Under the pieces are notes generated by a model. It did no database searches, was not told the origin of the DNA, and saw only the letters and a program-made list of their open reading frames with translations. DNA of 60,735 nt, from assembly GCA_044360485.1 (NCBI GenBank), contig JBIKKG010000001.1:1-60735 (forward strand), read 5' to 3'. A program made the translations under genes and the position numbers. Source of the stretch: Burkholderiaceae bacterium (GTDB lineage Bacteria; Pseudomonadota; Gammaproteobacteria; Burkholderiales; Burkholderiaceae_E). Below, piece after piece: positions 30,788 to 42,150 of the stretch. How positions within the stretch are numbered: the first letter of the stretch is position 1; every line of letters starts with the position of its first letter.

Positions 30788-32293
30788 TCAGTGCTGGATT
30801 TCGACGGGAGGGCCTCGAAATTTCTTGCGCACGCCCACGCCCCACCAAACTAGCGCCAGTCCCGCACACAACGCCAGGACCAGTATCCGCACCTTTTCGT
30901 TCGGTGGCTGCATGCCTACCCAGATCAGCGTGAGTGCGCCCATCACGGCCAGCAGAGCGACAGGTTTGGACAATACCCCAAGATTGAATGGGCCCTTCCG
31001 TGTCCAGTGGCGCCCCTCGGCCCACACACCGGCTGCGACCGGCAGCACATAGGAAATATAAAGAAACACCGTGCAGCCTGTAGACAACAGCACAAAAGCA
31101 TCGGCATAGAGCGTCATGGAAAAAGCGGCCAACGCAGACAGCCAGACCGATGCGACGGGGGAGCGATAGCGAGGGTGCACAGCCGCCAACCGCTGTGAAA
31201 CAGGCAAACCACCATCGCGTGCAAAGGCAAACATCATCCGCGATGTGGACATCAGACACGCCAGCGAGCAGACGTAGTTGATCAGCACCAATGCCATCAC
31301 CAGGAGCACGCGCAAGGGGCCGGGCACCGGTGCCAGCAAGGTCGCAATAAAGCCAGAACCATGCTGAACCGCTTGCGCCAATGAGGGCAGGCAGAGCACA
31401 AATGTGCTCACCAGTACAAAGCCGAACAAACCAGACCAGAGCACTGAACGCACGATGCCCCGGGGCACGGTACGCTGTGCATCAAGGGTTTCCTCAGCCG
31501 TGTGTGCCGAGGCATCAAACCCGGTGATGGTATAGACCGTCAACAGCAGACCCGAGAGAAAAACTGCGATCAGGCTCGTTGATGCGGGCCAGATACTGCC
31601 CTCTGTCCCGGTGAAATTGGTGAACGTGATCAGGCGCGAGAAATCGATGGGTGTGACCGAAAACATCCAGAGCGACGCCGTGAGAACAATCGTCACCGCA
31701 AAAATGAGATACCCCGAAAGGTCGATCAGCCGTGTGGTCAGCCCGACGGCGACGTGATTGAGTATGGCCTGCGACACGAGTACCGCGCCAATGAATACAA
31801 CCTGATGCGGTACGCCCCACTGCGTGGTATCCACGCCCAGCATCGGCAGCAGCAATGTCTTGAAGAACGGGTCATACAAACCGAATGCAATCGATCCACA
31901 TGCCAAGATCAACCCCAGCAGATTGAACCAAGCCGTCACCCAGCCGAATCCTCGGTTGCCCAAAATGGATGCCCAGTGATAAAGCCCTCCGGCAGTGGGA
32001 AACGCCGAGGCAATCTGCGCCATGGCTACAGCCACCACCAATGCGAAGGCCGACCCGACCAACCATCCCATTGAGACGGTCACGCCGCCACCCGCACCCA
32101 ATGCCGTGGGGAACCCGGTAATGCCACCGGCCAGGATGCAGATGATGGCAAACGAAACTGCGAAGTTCGAAAAACGGCTCATGCGCCGCTGAAGGTCTTG
32201 GGCGTAACCCAATTGGGCCAAGAGGACGCTGTCAGCGTCCCCGGGAGAACTCCGAGTGCCCGCGTCTCGATGCGTGGCTCCGGAATCGTCCAT
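30788..32293 (-). CDS. APC-superfamily amino acid permease
   Basis: 501-aa protein with 12 TM segments. The N-terminal block is RRMSRFSNFAVSFAIICILAGGITGF. The ATG overlaps the tyrA stop (ATGA at 32291-32295). Confidence 0.85.
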   Translation of the reverse strand: MDDSGATHRDAGTRSSPGDADSVLLAQLGYAQDLQRRMSRFSNFAVSFAIICILAGGITGFPTALGAGGGVTVSMGWLVGSAFALVVAVAMAQIASAFPTAGGLYHWASILGNRGFGWVTAWFNLLGLILACGSIAFGLYDPFFKTLLLPMLGVDTTQWGVPHQVVFIGAVLVSQAILNHVAVGLTTRLIDLSGYLIFAVTIVLTASLWMFSVTPIDFSRLITFTNFTGTEGSIWPASTSLIAVFLSGLLLTVYTITGFDASAHTAEETLDAQRTVPRGIVRSVLWSGLFGFVLVSTFVLCLPSLAQAVQHGSGFIATLLAPVPGPLRVLLVMALVLINYVCSLACLMSTSRMMFAFARDGGLPVSQRLAAVHPRYRSPVASVWLSALAAFSMTLYADAFVLLSTGCTVFLYISYVLPVAAGVWAEGRHWTRKGPFNLGVLSKPVALLAVMGALTLIWVGMQPPNEKVRILVLALCAGLALVWWGVGVRKKFRGPPVEIQH

Positions 32294-33186
32294 CAGAAGG
32301 CACTGCGCCAGCGCTCCCCACGGGCCAGCGCCTGCATGAGCGCATCGCGATCACCTTCTCGCAGCGCTGATTCGATGCGGTCGAGTTCGGCGCGAAAGGC
32401 CGCAGCAGCCGCGAGCACCGGTTCACGATTGTCCAGCAAAATGCCGGCCCATAAACCGGCGGGCGAGCCGCCCACACGCGTCGTGTCACGCAGACCCGCA
32501 CCGTGATAGCGGCGGGCATCGTCAGCCCGCGGCCCTTCGCCAATCGAGGCGGCCAGTGCAAAGGCCACGGCGTGCGGCCAGTGCGAGACCTCGGCAAACA
32601 GTAGGTCGTGATGATGCGGGCTCATTTGCGCCACGCGTGCGCCCAGCGCGCGCCACATCGCCTCCACCTTCTGCACCACGTCGGCATCGCACTCGGGCGT
32701 GGGGCACATCAGCAACGCGCGGCCATCGAAGAGATCTGCACGCGAGGCCGCTGGGCCTGAACGGTCGGAGCCTGCAATCGGATGAGAGGCTACAAAGCGC
32801 CCGCGCCGTTCACCCAACCCCGCTAACGCCGCGGCCACCATGCTCGACTTGGTGCTCGACACATCGGTCAGGCACGCCTGCGCACCCAGCCCCGCCCGCA
32901 TTGCCGGGTCGGCCACCAGCGCGCAGTTCACAGATACCGGCGCCGCCAGCACCACCAGATCGGCGCCAGCCAGCAGCGCAGGCAAATCGGTGCAGACCTC
33001 ATCAATCAGGCCGGCGTCCAGCGCCATCTGCGCATGCTGCGGGTCCAGCCCACGGATATGACGAGCCATTCCGCGCGCACGCAAAGCGCCCGCCACCGAG
33101 CCGCCCAGTGCGCCGGTACCGACGATTGAAACCGTATCGAACGGCTTAGGCAGCTCTGGTTGTTGTGAGATCTCGGGTCCGGTCAC
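32293..33186 (-). CDS. tyrA: Prephenate dehydrogenase
   Basis: Track ORF 32293..33264. The likely start is GTG 33186, which overlaps the hisC stop (GTGA). The Rossmann motif VSIVGTGALGGSVAGAL follows soon after, and a HPIAGS block is present. Confidence 0.8.
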   Translation of the reverse strand: MTGPEISQQPELPKPFDTVSIVGTGALGGSVAGALRARGMARHIRGLDPQHAQMALDAGLIDEVCTDLPALLAGADLVVLAAPVSVNCALVADPAMRAGLGAQACLTDVSSTKSSMVAAALAGLGERRGRFVASHPIAGSDRSGPAASRADLFDGRALLMCPTPECDADVVQKVEAMWRALGARVAQMSPHHHDLLFAEVSHWPHAVAFALAASIGEGPRADDARRYHGAGLRDTTRVGGSPAGLWAGILLDNREPVLAAAAAFRAELDRIESALREGDRDALMQALARGERWRSAF

Positions 33187-34307
33187 GCACGCCCCAGCGC
33201 CGCACCCAAGGCACCCAGAAAAATCCGGTTTTCTTCGGGCAATCCCACTGTAATACGCAGCCACTCCGGCAGGCCGTAGTTGCCCACCGGCCGAACGATC
33301 ACACCGGCCTTGAGCAGCTTCTCGTTGACGCCGTTGGCGTCACCCACTTTTACCAGCACGAAGTTGCCGTAAGAGGGCACGTACTGCAGACCCATCGCAT
33401 CAAAGGTGGACTGCAACAGCTTGATGCCCTCAGCGTTGAGCGTACGACTGCGTTGCAAGAACGGCTGATCAGCCAGCGCCGCCACCGCAGCCGCCTGCGC
33501 CATGGAATTCACGTTGAAGGGCTGTCGCACCCGGTTCATCAGGTCGGTCAGCGCCGGCTGGGCCACGCCGTAGCCCACGCGCAAACCAGCGAGGCCATAG
33601 GCCTTGGAGAAGGTGCGCGAGAGCACCAGGTTGGGAAAACGCTTGACCCACGCCACCGCATCGACCCACAGCGAGGGCTCGAGGTATTCGTTGTAGGCCT
33701 CATCGAGCACCACCACCACATGGGGCGGCACCGACTGCAAGAAAGCCTCGATCTGGGCAGCGGGCAAAAAAGTACCCGTGGGATTGTTGGGGTTGGCGAT
33801 GAACACCACACGCGTGTCGGGCGCAATGGCGGCGCGCATGGCGGGAAGGTCATGACCGAAGTCCTTCGCCGGGGTCACGATGGCCCGCGCACCGGTTTCT
33901 TGCGTGGCCAGTTCATAGACCTGGAAGGAATACTGCGAATACACCGCCGACAGACCCGGCTGCAGCCAGGCATGCGCCACCAGCTCCAGGATGTCGTTGG
34001 AACCATTGCCCAGCGTGAGCCAGTCCTGCGGCACACCCAGTCGCGCCGACAATGCTTCCTTCAGCTCAAAGCCGTTGGCATCCGGGTAACGCCCCAAGTC
34101 GGCGGCGGCAACCAGCATCGCCTGGCGGGCCGAATCGGGCATGCCCAGCGGGTTTTCATTGGAGGCAAGCTTGACGATCTTGGACTCATCCAGGCCATAG
34201 GCCCGGGCCACCTCGGAGATCGGGCGGCCTGCGCGATACGGCGCAATGGCGCGCACATAGGCCGGCGCAAGTGATGCAGGATCAGAGACAGCAGATTGAG
34301 CGCTCAT
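33183..34307 (-). CDS. hisC: Histidinol-phosphate / aromatic aminotransferase (class II PLP)
   Basis: 374-aa protein with LASNENPLG near the N-terminus and the PLP-lysine block SRTFSKAYGLAGLRVGY. It lies between pheA and tyrA. Confidence 0.9.
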   Translation of the reverse strand: MSAQSAVSDPASLAPAYVRAIAPYRAGRPISEVARAYGLDESKIVKLASNENPLGMPDSARQAMLVAAADLGRYPDANGFELKEALSARLGVPQDWLTLGNGSNDILELVAHAWLQPGLSAVYSQYSFQVYELATQETGARAIVTPAKDFGHDLPAMRAAIAPDTRVVFIANPNNPTGTFLPAAQIEAFLQSVPPHVVVVLDEAYNEYLEPSLWVDAVAWVKRFPNLVLSRTFSKAYGLAGLRVGYGVAQPALTDLMNRVRQPFNVNSMAQAAAVAALADQPFLQRSRTLNAEGIKLLQSTFDAMGLQYVPSYGNFVLVKVGDANGVNEKLLKAGVIVRPVGNYGLPEWLRITVGLPEENRIFLGALGAALGRA

Positions 34308-35440
34308 GGTGCAGGTGAAGTAGAGGAGGTCTGTGTGGCGATGGGGCTGGGGCTGCGTCCCGAGGTCAGGTTCACCTCACGCGGATACGAACCCAGCGAT
34401 TTGAAAAAAGCGGCATGCGCGCGGATGTCGGCTAACGCAGCCGCCACCGATGCATCGGTCTCATGGCCCAGCAAGTCGATGTAAAAGTAGTACTCCCAGT
34501 TACCCTGCCGTGCTGGGCGCGATTCAAAGCGCTTCATCGACACGCCATGACGCGACAGCGGTTCGATCAACGCATGCACGGCGCCGGCGCGGTCAGGCAC
34601 CGACAGAATGAGCGAGGTCTGGTCTTCGCCCGATGCCCCACACAGATGGCTGCCGATGACTGCAAAGCGCGTGCGATTGAGCGGATCATCCTGGATCGAC
34701 TGCGCCACCACCTGCACCTCGTAGCGCCCCAGAGCACCATCACCGGCAATGCCCGCAGTGTGAGGCTCGATCGCAGCCAGCCGCGCACCCTCTGCATTGC
34801 TGGATACCGGCACGCGCTCCAGCATGGGGTAATGGCGATTGAGCCATCCCGTGCACTGCGCCAAAGCCTGCGCGTGGGCGCAGATACGGGTGACACCCAC
34901 CATGGTGCCGCTGTGCGTGAGGAGGTGATGACGCACCGGCACCGACACCTCTCCGCAGATCTTCAGCGGACTCTGCAAAAACAGATCGAGGCTGCGATTG
35001 ACCGCCCCCTCGCTAGAGTTTTCTACCGGCACCACACCGAAATCTGCGGTACCCGCTTCGGTTGCGCGAAAGACTTCATCAATCGATACACAGGCCACAG
35101 CCTCGACGCCCTGACCGAACTGGGCCAGCACCGCCTGCTCGGAGAAGGTGCCAGCTGGGCCCAGATAGGCCACGCGTAACCTGCGCTCGAGCTCGCGGCA
35201 ACCAGAGATGACCTCGCGCCAGACCGCCGCGATGGCGGCATCGGGCAGCGGACCGGGATTGCGCTCCGCAAGCCTGCGCAAGATTTGCGCTTCACGCTCG
35301 GGCCGCCAGACCGGTGCGTTCGTGGCGTGCTTGTACGCACCCACCTCAAGCACTAGCCGACCTCGCTCGCCCAGCAAGTCGAGCAGCTGGCCGTCGACCT
35401 CGTCAATACGCTGCCGCAATTCGGACAGTCGGTCGCTCAT
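34304..35440 (-). CDS. pheA: Bifunctional chorismate mutase / prephenate dehydratase (P-protein)
   Basis: Met22 of track ORF 34304..35503. The chorismate mutase helix is LSELRQRIDEVDGQLLDLLGERG. It is followed by the PDT domain (VAYLGPAGTFSEQA) and an ACT domain with TRF and ESRP motifs. Confidence 0.9.
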   Translation of the reverse strand: MSDRLSELRQRIDEVDGQLLDLLGERGRLVLEVGAYKHATNAPVWRPEREAQILRRLAERNPGPLPDAAIAAVWREVISGCRELERRLRVAYLGPAGTFSEQAVLAQFGQGVEAVACVSIDEVFRATEAGTADFGVVPVENSSEGAVNRSLDLFLQSPLKICGEVSVPVRHHLLTHSGTMVGVTRICAHAQALAQCTGWLNRHYPMLERVPVSSNAEGARLAAIEPHTAGIAGDGALGRYEVQVVAQSIQDDPLNRTRFAVIGSHLCGASGEDQTSLILSVPDRAGAVHALIEPLSRHGVSMKRFESRPARQGNWEYYFYIDLLGHETDASVAAALADIRAHAAFFKSLGSYPREVNLTSGRSPSPIATQTSSTSPAP

Positions 35441-35548
35441 TGCGTGTCTCCAGGGTGTTTGTGTGTGCCCGCATTCTCTATTGCTCAGCCGTGCCGCAGG
35501 CACTCTCTCTGTGCATGTTCGCTACTGCGCAACGTGCCGCGCCTAAGG

Positions 35549-38149
<2,601 letters not shown>

Positions 38150-38219
38150 GAGGACGCGACAAGCGCTGCGACGTGTAAAGCCTTGAATTTTAACCCATCC
38201 GGCTGTGATGTAATGAGGC

Positions 38220-39593
38220 ATGACTGTGCCGACCGAACCCCCGACCGCACCCGTTTCCCTGATCAGTCCCCGATGGCTTGCGCCGGTGGCCCATGGGCCT
38301 GCTGTCCTGACCGGGCAGACAGTCGTCGTGCAAGGCACGCAGATCGCCGCTGTGATGCCCCGCGCAGCCGCTCTGCAGGCGCATCCGCGGGCTATACGCA
38401 TCGATCTGGACGAGCATTTGCTGATCCCGGGACTGGTCAATGCGCATACCCACGCCGCCATGGCGCTGTTGCGCGGTACCGCCGACGACCTGCCACTTGA
38501 GCGTTGGCTCCATGAGCGTATCTGGCCGATGGAGGGTGCGCTGATGTCGGAAGCCTTCGTCTATGACGGCGCCGTGCTGGCATGTCGCGAAATGCTCCTC
38601 AGTGGCACCACCACCTTCAGCGACATGTATTTCTTCCCGGAATCCACCGCCAAAGCCGCACTGGACCTGGGTATGCGGGCGGCGGTGGGCCTCATCGTGA
38701 TCGACTTTCCCAGTGCCTACGGGAGCGGGCCGCAGGACTATCTCGCCAAGGGCCTGAAGCTGCGCGACAGCCTGCGTCATGAATCCACAATCGGTTTCAC
38801 ACTGGCGCCGCATGCACCTTATTCGGTTGGCGATGCCGCACTCGCGGACGTGGCGCGCCTGTCAGCCGAGCTGCAGATGCCGGTGCATATCCACGTGCAC
38901 GAAACCGCTCGAGAAGTGGCCGAGCACATGGAACGCCACGGCATGCGCCCGCTAGCCCGCTTGGCCGCACTGGGTCTGGTCAACCCGGAATTGATCGGGG
39001 TACATGCAGTGCACCTGGATGACGCCGACATTCGCCTGCTGGCAAACCATGGGGCCTCTGTGGTGCATTGCCCGCACTCGAACCTGAAACTGGCCAGCGG
39101 CATCGGACCTGCGCTGGCGCGGCTGCTGAACGAGGGCATCAACGTTGCGATCGGTACCGATGGATCGGCCAGCAACAATCGCCTCGATCTGATCGCTGAA
39201 ACGCGCACAGCCTGCCTGCTTGCCAAGGGCTTGAGCGGGGATGCCGCAGCGTTCAATGCGCATCAGGCGCTGCAGGCGGCCACCCTGGGCGGCGCCCGGG
39301 CACTTGGAATGCAGGACCAGATTGGCAGCATTGAGCCAGGCAAGGCAGCTGACCTGGTTGCGATCGACCTGACCGACGACGGACTGGCCGCGTTCCATGA
39401 TCCGGTCGCGCATTTGGTGTATTCCGCGACGAGTCAGCAGGTCAGCGATGTCTGGGTGAACGGGCAGTCTGTTGTAGTCAAGCGACAAATGGTGCGTGCC
39501 CGCGCGCTCGACGCCGTAGCCGCAGTACGTGCCCGCAATGTCGTGTGGCACAATCGTTTAGGTCAGTTTGTGCCGGGTAACGTGCGGGCATAG
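38220..39593 (+). CDS. TRZ/ATZ-family amidohydrolase (5-methylthioadenosine/S-adenosylhomocysteine deaminase-like)
   Basis: 457-aa protein with metal-binding HxH in [17 protein letters not shown], plus the later HVHETAREV and GTDGSASNN blocks. Confidence 0.8.
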   Translation: MTVPTEPPTAPVSLISPRWLAPVAHGPAVLTGQTVVVQGTQIAAVMPRAAALQAHPRAIRIDLDEHLLIPGLVNAHTHAAMALLRGTADDLPLERWLHERIWPMEGALMSEAFVYDGAVLACREMLLSGTTTFSDMYFFPESTAKAALDLGMRAAVGLIVIDFPSAYGSGPQDYLAKGLKLRDSLRHESTIGFTLAPHAPYSVGDAALADVARLSAELQMPVHIHVHETAREVAEHMERHGMRPLARLAALGLVNPELIGVHAVHLDDADIRLLANHGASVVHCPHSNLKLASGIGPALARLLNEGINVAIGTDGSASNNRLDLIAETRTACLLAKGLSGDAAAFNAHQALQAATLGGARALGMQDQIGSIEPGKAADLVAIDLTDDGLAAFHDPVAHLVYSATSQQVSDVWVNGQSVVVKRQMVRARALDAVAAVRARNVVWHNRLGQFVPGNVRA

Positions 39594-39663
39594 GTTGTTT
39601 CAAGCCGTGTGGCGCTCTGCAGTTTCCGGTGGCGCCCACCGGCACAAAGCACGTTCGAGGCGC

Positions 39664-39691
39664 TTTGCCGTAGGTTAGCGGGTCGGTATAC
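39664..39691 (+). promoter_or_regulatory. Candidate sigma-70 promoter of the OmpA-family gene
   Basis: TTGCCG-16 nt-TATACT, located about 65 nt upstream of the ATG at 39756. Sequence pattern only. Confidence 0.35.
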
Positions 39692-39755
39692 TCCGTCGCA
39701 GCCGCTGCAAGGCGTTGATTTTTCAGATGTGAGTCATCTCACCGAGAGGAGAAAC

Positions 39756-40505
39756 ATGAAGAAATCGCTCAAGTTGGGAGCCCTCGTGGCCACTGGTCTG
39801 CTGGCTGCATGCGCGTCCACCAACCAGGACACTCCGAATATCAAAGCCGCTCCGAACCAGACTGGTTACATCCAGTCGCCGTTCGGCAACGTGGTCACTT
39901 CGCCGTTTGCAGAGCAGCCTGGCAGCCCGAAGGGTCTGTGCGTACGGTCGCCGTGGTGGCAGCCCGCCAACGCCCAGGTCGACTGTAATGCCGACCTGAT
40001 GCCGCGTTCGGCTCCCGCCCCGGTGGCGTCGCCGATGGCACCGCCGCCCGCTCGTCCGGCTCCGGCTCCGGTTCCGGTCGTCCCGGCTCCGGCTCCTGCA
40101 CCACGCCCGGCTCCGGCCCCTGTAGCGGCCCCGCGTCCGACCAGCGAAAAAGTCACCTTCGCAGCCGATGCGTTCTTCGACTTCGACAAAGCCACGCTGA
40201 AGCCGGAAGGCAAAGCCAAGCTCGACGACCTCGCCGGTAAGATCAAGGGCGTCACCCTTGAGGTCATCATCGCCGTGGGTCACACCGACAGCGTTGGTTC
40301 CGAGGCCTACAATCAGAAGCTGTCGCTGCGTCGTGCTGAAGCAGTCAAGGCTTACCTGGTGAGCAAAGGTATCGAAGCCAACCGCGTCTACACCGAAGGC
40401 AAAGGCACCAAGCAGCCGGTCGCCGACAACAAGACCACCGAAGGCCGCGCGAAGAACCGCCGCGTGGAGATCGAAGTGGTCGGTACACGCCCGGTCAAGA
40501 AGTAA
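39756..40505 (+). CDS. OmpA-family peptidoglycan-associated lipoprotein with Pro/Ala-rich linker
   Basis: Met50 of track ORF 39609..40505, preceded by GAGAGGAG. The lipobox is LLAAC|AS. The linker is PAPAPVPVVPAPAPAPRPAPAPVAAPRP. The C-terminal OmpA_C block is GHTDSVGSEAYNQKLSLRRAEAV...NRRVEIEV. Confidence 0.88.
   Translation: MKKSLKLGALVATGLLAACASTNQDTPNIKAAPNQTGYIQSPFGNVVTSPFAEQPGSPKGLCVRSPWWQPANAQVDCNADLMPRSAPAPVASPMAPPPARPAPAPVPVVPAPAPAPRPAPAPVAAPRPTSEKVTFAADAFFDFDKATLKPEGKAKLDDLAGKIKGVTLEVIIAVGHTDSVGSEAYNQKLSLRRAEAVKAYLVSKGIEANRVYTEGKGTKQPVADNKTTEGRAKNRRVEIEVVGTRPVKK
40055..40122 (+). repeat. Imperfect tandem CCGGCT/CCGGTT hexanucleotide tract encoding the (PA)n linker
   Basis: tccggctccggctccggttccggtcgtcccggctccggctcctgcaccacgcccggctccggcccctg, read directly from the sequence. 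Confidence 0.7.
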
Positions 40506-40557
40506 GGGTCTTAGGATGTGCGGGGCCTCAGGGCCCTGCCACTCCAACCGTGGTGTA

Positions 40558-40590
40558 CAAAGCCCCGCTCACGCGGGGCTTTGTTTTTTG
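40558..40590 (+). terminator. Rho-independent terminator after the OmpA-family gene
   Basis: AAAGCCCCGC-TCAC-GCGGGGCTTT followed by GTTTTTTG. Confidence 0.7.
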
Positions 40591-40682
40591 CGCGTCGTTG
40601 CTGTATCGCCCCGATTTTCCGTCGATGCACTACGCCACGCAGTGCCCGCATCCCCTAGAATCGGAGGCTATTCTCTCGATCG

Positions 40683-41435
40683 ATGACCATGAGCCTGCCT
40701 GCCTCCATCACACCAACCGAATCACCCGCGCCTGCCAACGCAGACTCCGGTGAGATTGCCAAGTTCGAAGCTTTGGCTGCGCGGTGGTGGGATCCGGAAT
40801 CCGAGTTTCGGCCACTGCATCGAATCAACCCGCTGCGCCTCGGGTGGATTGAACAGCTTGCGGGGACGGTATCAGGTCGCGATGTCATCGACGTGGGATG
40901 CGGCGGTGGCATCCTTGCCGAGTCCATGGCCGCGCGCGGTGCTCGGGTCACCGGGATCGATTTGGCGGGCAAGGCACTGAAGGTGGCAGAGCTGCATGGG
41001 TTGGAGTCGGGTGTGACGGTGCGCTACCAGCAGATCTCTGCTGAGGATATGGCGGCAAACGAACCGGAAAGCCGCGATGTGGTGACGTGCATGGAAATGC
41101 TCGAGCATGTGCCAGATCCGGCCTCCACGGTCGCGGCATGTGCGCGCCTCGCGCGTCCAGGCGGCTGGGTGTTTTTCTCCACGCTGAACCGCAACCCCAA
41201 GTCCTTCGCGTTTGCCATCATCGGTGCCGAATACATTCTGAAGTTGCTGCCGCGTGGCACGCATGAATACGGCAAGTTCATCCGACCCTCTGAATTGATC
41301 GGTCATGCTCGCCGTGCCGGACTGCAGCAGCAGGCCATGCTGGGACTGACCTACAACCCGCTCACACGCGAGTACCGACTGGTGGACGGCGATGTCAGCG
41401 TCAATTACCTCGTCGCCTTTCGCAAGCCCGCCTGA
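40683..41435 (+). CDS. ubiG: Bifunctional 3-demethylubiquinol 3-O-methyltransferase / 2-polyprenyl-6-hydroxyphenol methylase
   Basis: 250-aa protein with EIAKFEALAARWWDPESEFRPLHRINPLRLGWI and the SAM motif VIDVGCGGGILAE. These are classic UbiG blocks. Confidence 0.9.
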   Translation: MTMSLPASITPTESPAPANADSGEIAKFEALAARWWDPESEFRPLHRINPLRLGWIEQLAGTVSGRDVIDVGCGGGILAESMAARGARVTGIDLAGKALKVAELHGLESGVTVRYQQISAEDMAANEPESRDVVTCMEMLEHVPDPASTVAACARLARPGGWVFFSTLNRNPKSFAFAIIGAEYILKLLPRGTHEYGKFIRPSELIGHARRAGLQQQAMLGLTYNPLTREYRLVDGDVSVNYLVAFRKPA

Positions 41436-41454
41436 ATCGGTCAGGGCGCCCACC

Positions 41455-42150
41455 ATGCCAAGGCACGCCATGACCTCACCACTGAAACCGCGCCCCTTGG
41501 CGGTGTTCTTCGATCTGGACGGCACCCTCGCCGATACCGCCGCCGATCTCGCCGCGCCGGTGAATGCCATGCGTCAGGAGCGAGGGCTGCCAGTCCTGCC
41601 ACTCGACGTCCTGCGTCCGTTCGCGTCGCACGGCGCACGCGGACTACTCGGACAGGGCTTAGGCGTTCGGCCCGAAGATGACGGGTACGAGGCCCTGCGC
41701 CTGGACTTTCTGGCACGCTATGAGTCCGCCATGGTGGTGCACACCGCGCTGTTCGATGGCATGCACGAAGTGTTGAACGGGCTGGATGCGCACGGCATTC
41801 GCTGGGGCGTCGTCAGCAACAAGGTCGAGCGATACGTGCGCCCCATCATGGCAGCACTGGGTGTCTTGAACCGTTCAGTCAGCGCCATCGGCGGTGATAC
41901 CACCCCTCATCCCAAGCCGCATCCTGCGCCGCTGCTGCACGCAGCGCAGCTCGCGGGTGTTCGGCCCCAGGATTGCGTGTACGTCGGCGATGACCTGCGC
42001 GATATCCAGGCCGGCCGTGCGGCAGGCATGCGCACGATCGCGGCTGGATACGGATTTTGCGGAGATGACACACCACCGATTCATTGGGGCGCCGATGCCC
42101 TGATTCAGGCGCCCGCTGAGCTGCACGGTCTGTTGCAGCTGCATGCTTGA
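41455..42150 (+). CDS. gph: Phosphoglycolate phosphatase-like HAD hydrolase
   Basis: Met22 of track ORF 41392..42150 (Met27 at 41470 is also possible). HAD motif I is AVFFDLDGTLADT, and the later blocks are VSNK and YVGDDLRDIQAGRAAG. It lies downstream of ubiG, as in many beta/gammaproteobacteria. Confidence 0.82.
   Translation: MPRHAMTSPLKPRPLAVFFDLDGTLADTAADLAAPVNAMRQERGLPVLPLDVLRPFASHGARGLLGQGLGVRPEDDGYEALRLDFLARYESAMVVHTALFDGMHEVLNGLDAHGIRWGVVSNKVERYVRPIMAALGVLNRSVSAIGGDTTPHPKPHPAPLLHAAQLAGVRPQDCVYVGDDLRDIQAGRAAGMRTIAAGYGFCGDDTPPIHWGADALIQAPAELHGLLQLHA

Noticed and set aside
33165-34274. 369-aa ORF on the plus strand
   Set aside because: It is antisense to hisC, which carries clear aminotransferase motifs.
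38150-38461. 104-codon N-terminal extension of the gyrA track ORF (similar extensions occur on valS 9298-9429, lptF 7028-7426, dctP, dctM and pheA)
   Set aside because: The extensions precede the conserved N-termini, overlap neighbouring genes or promoters, and have shadow-frame composition. The starts were moved to the conserved Met.
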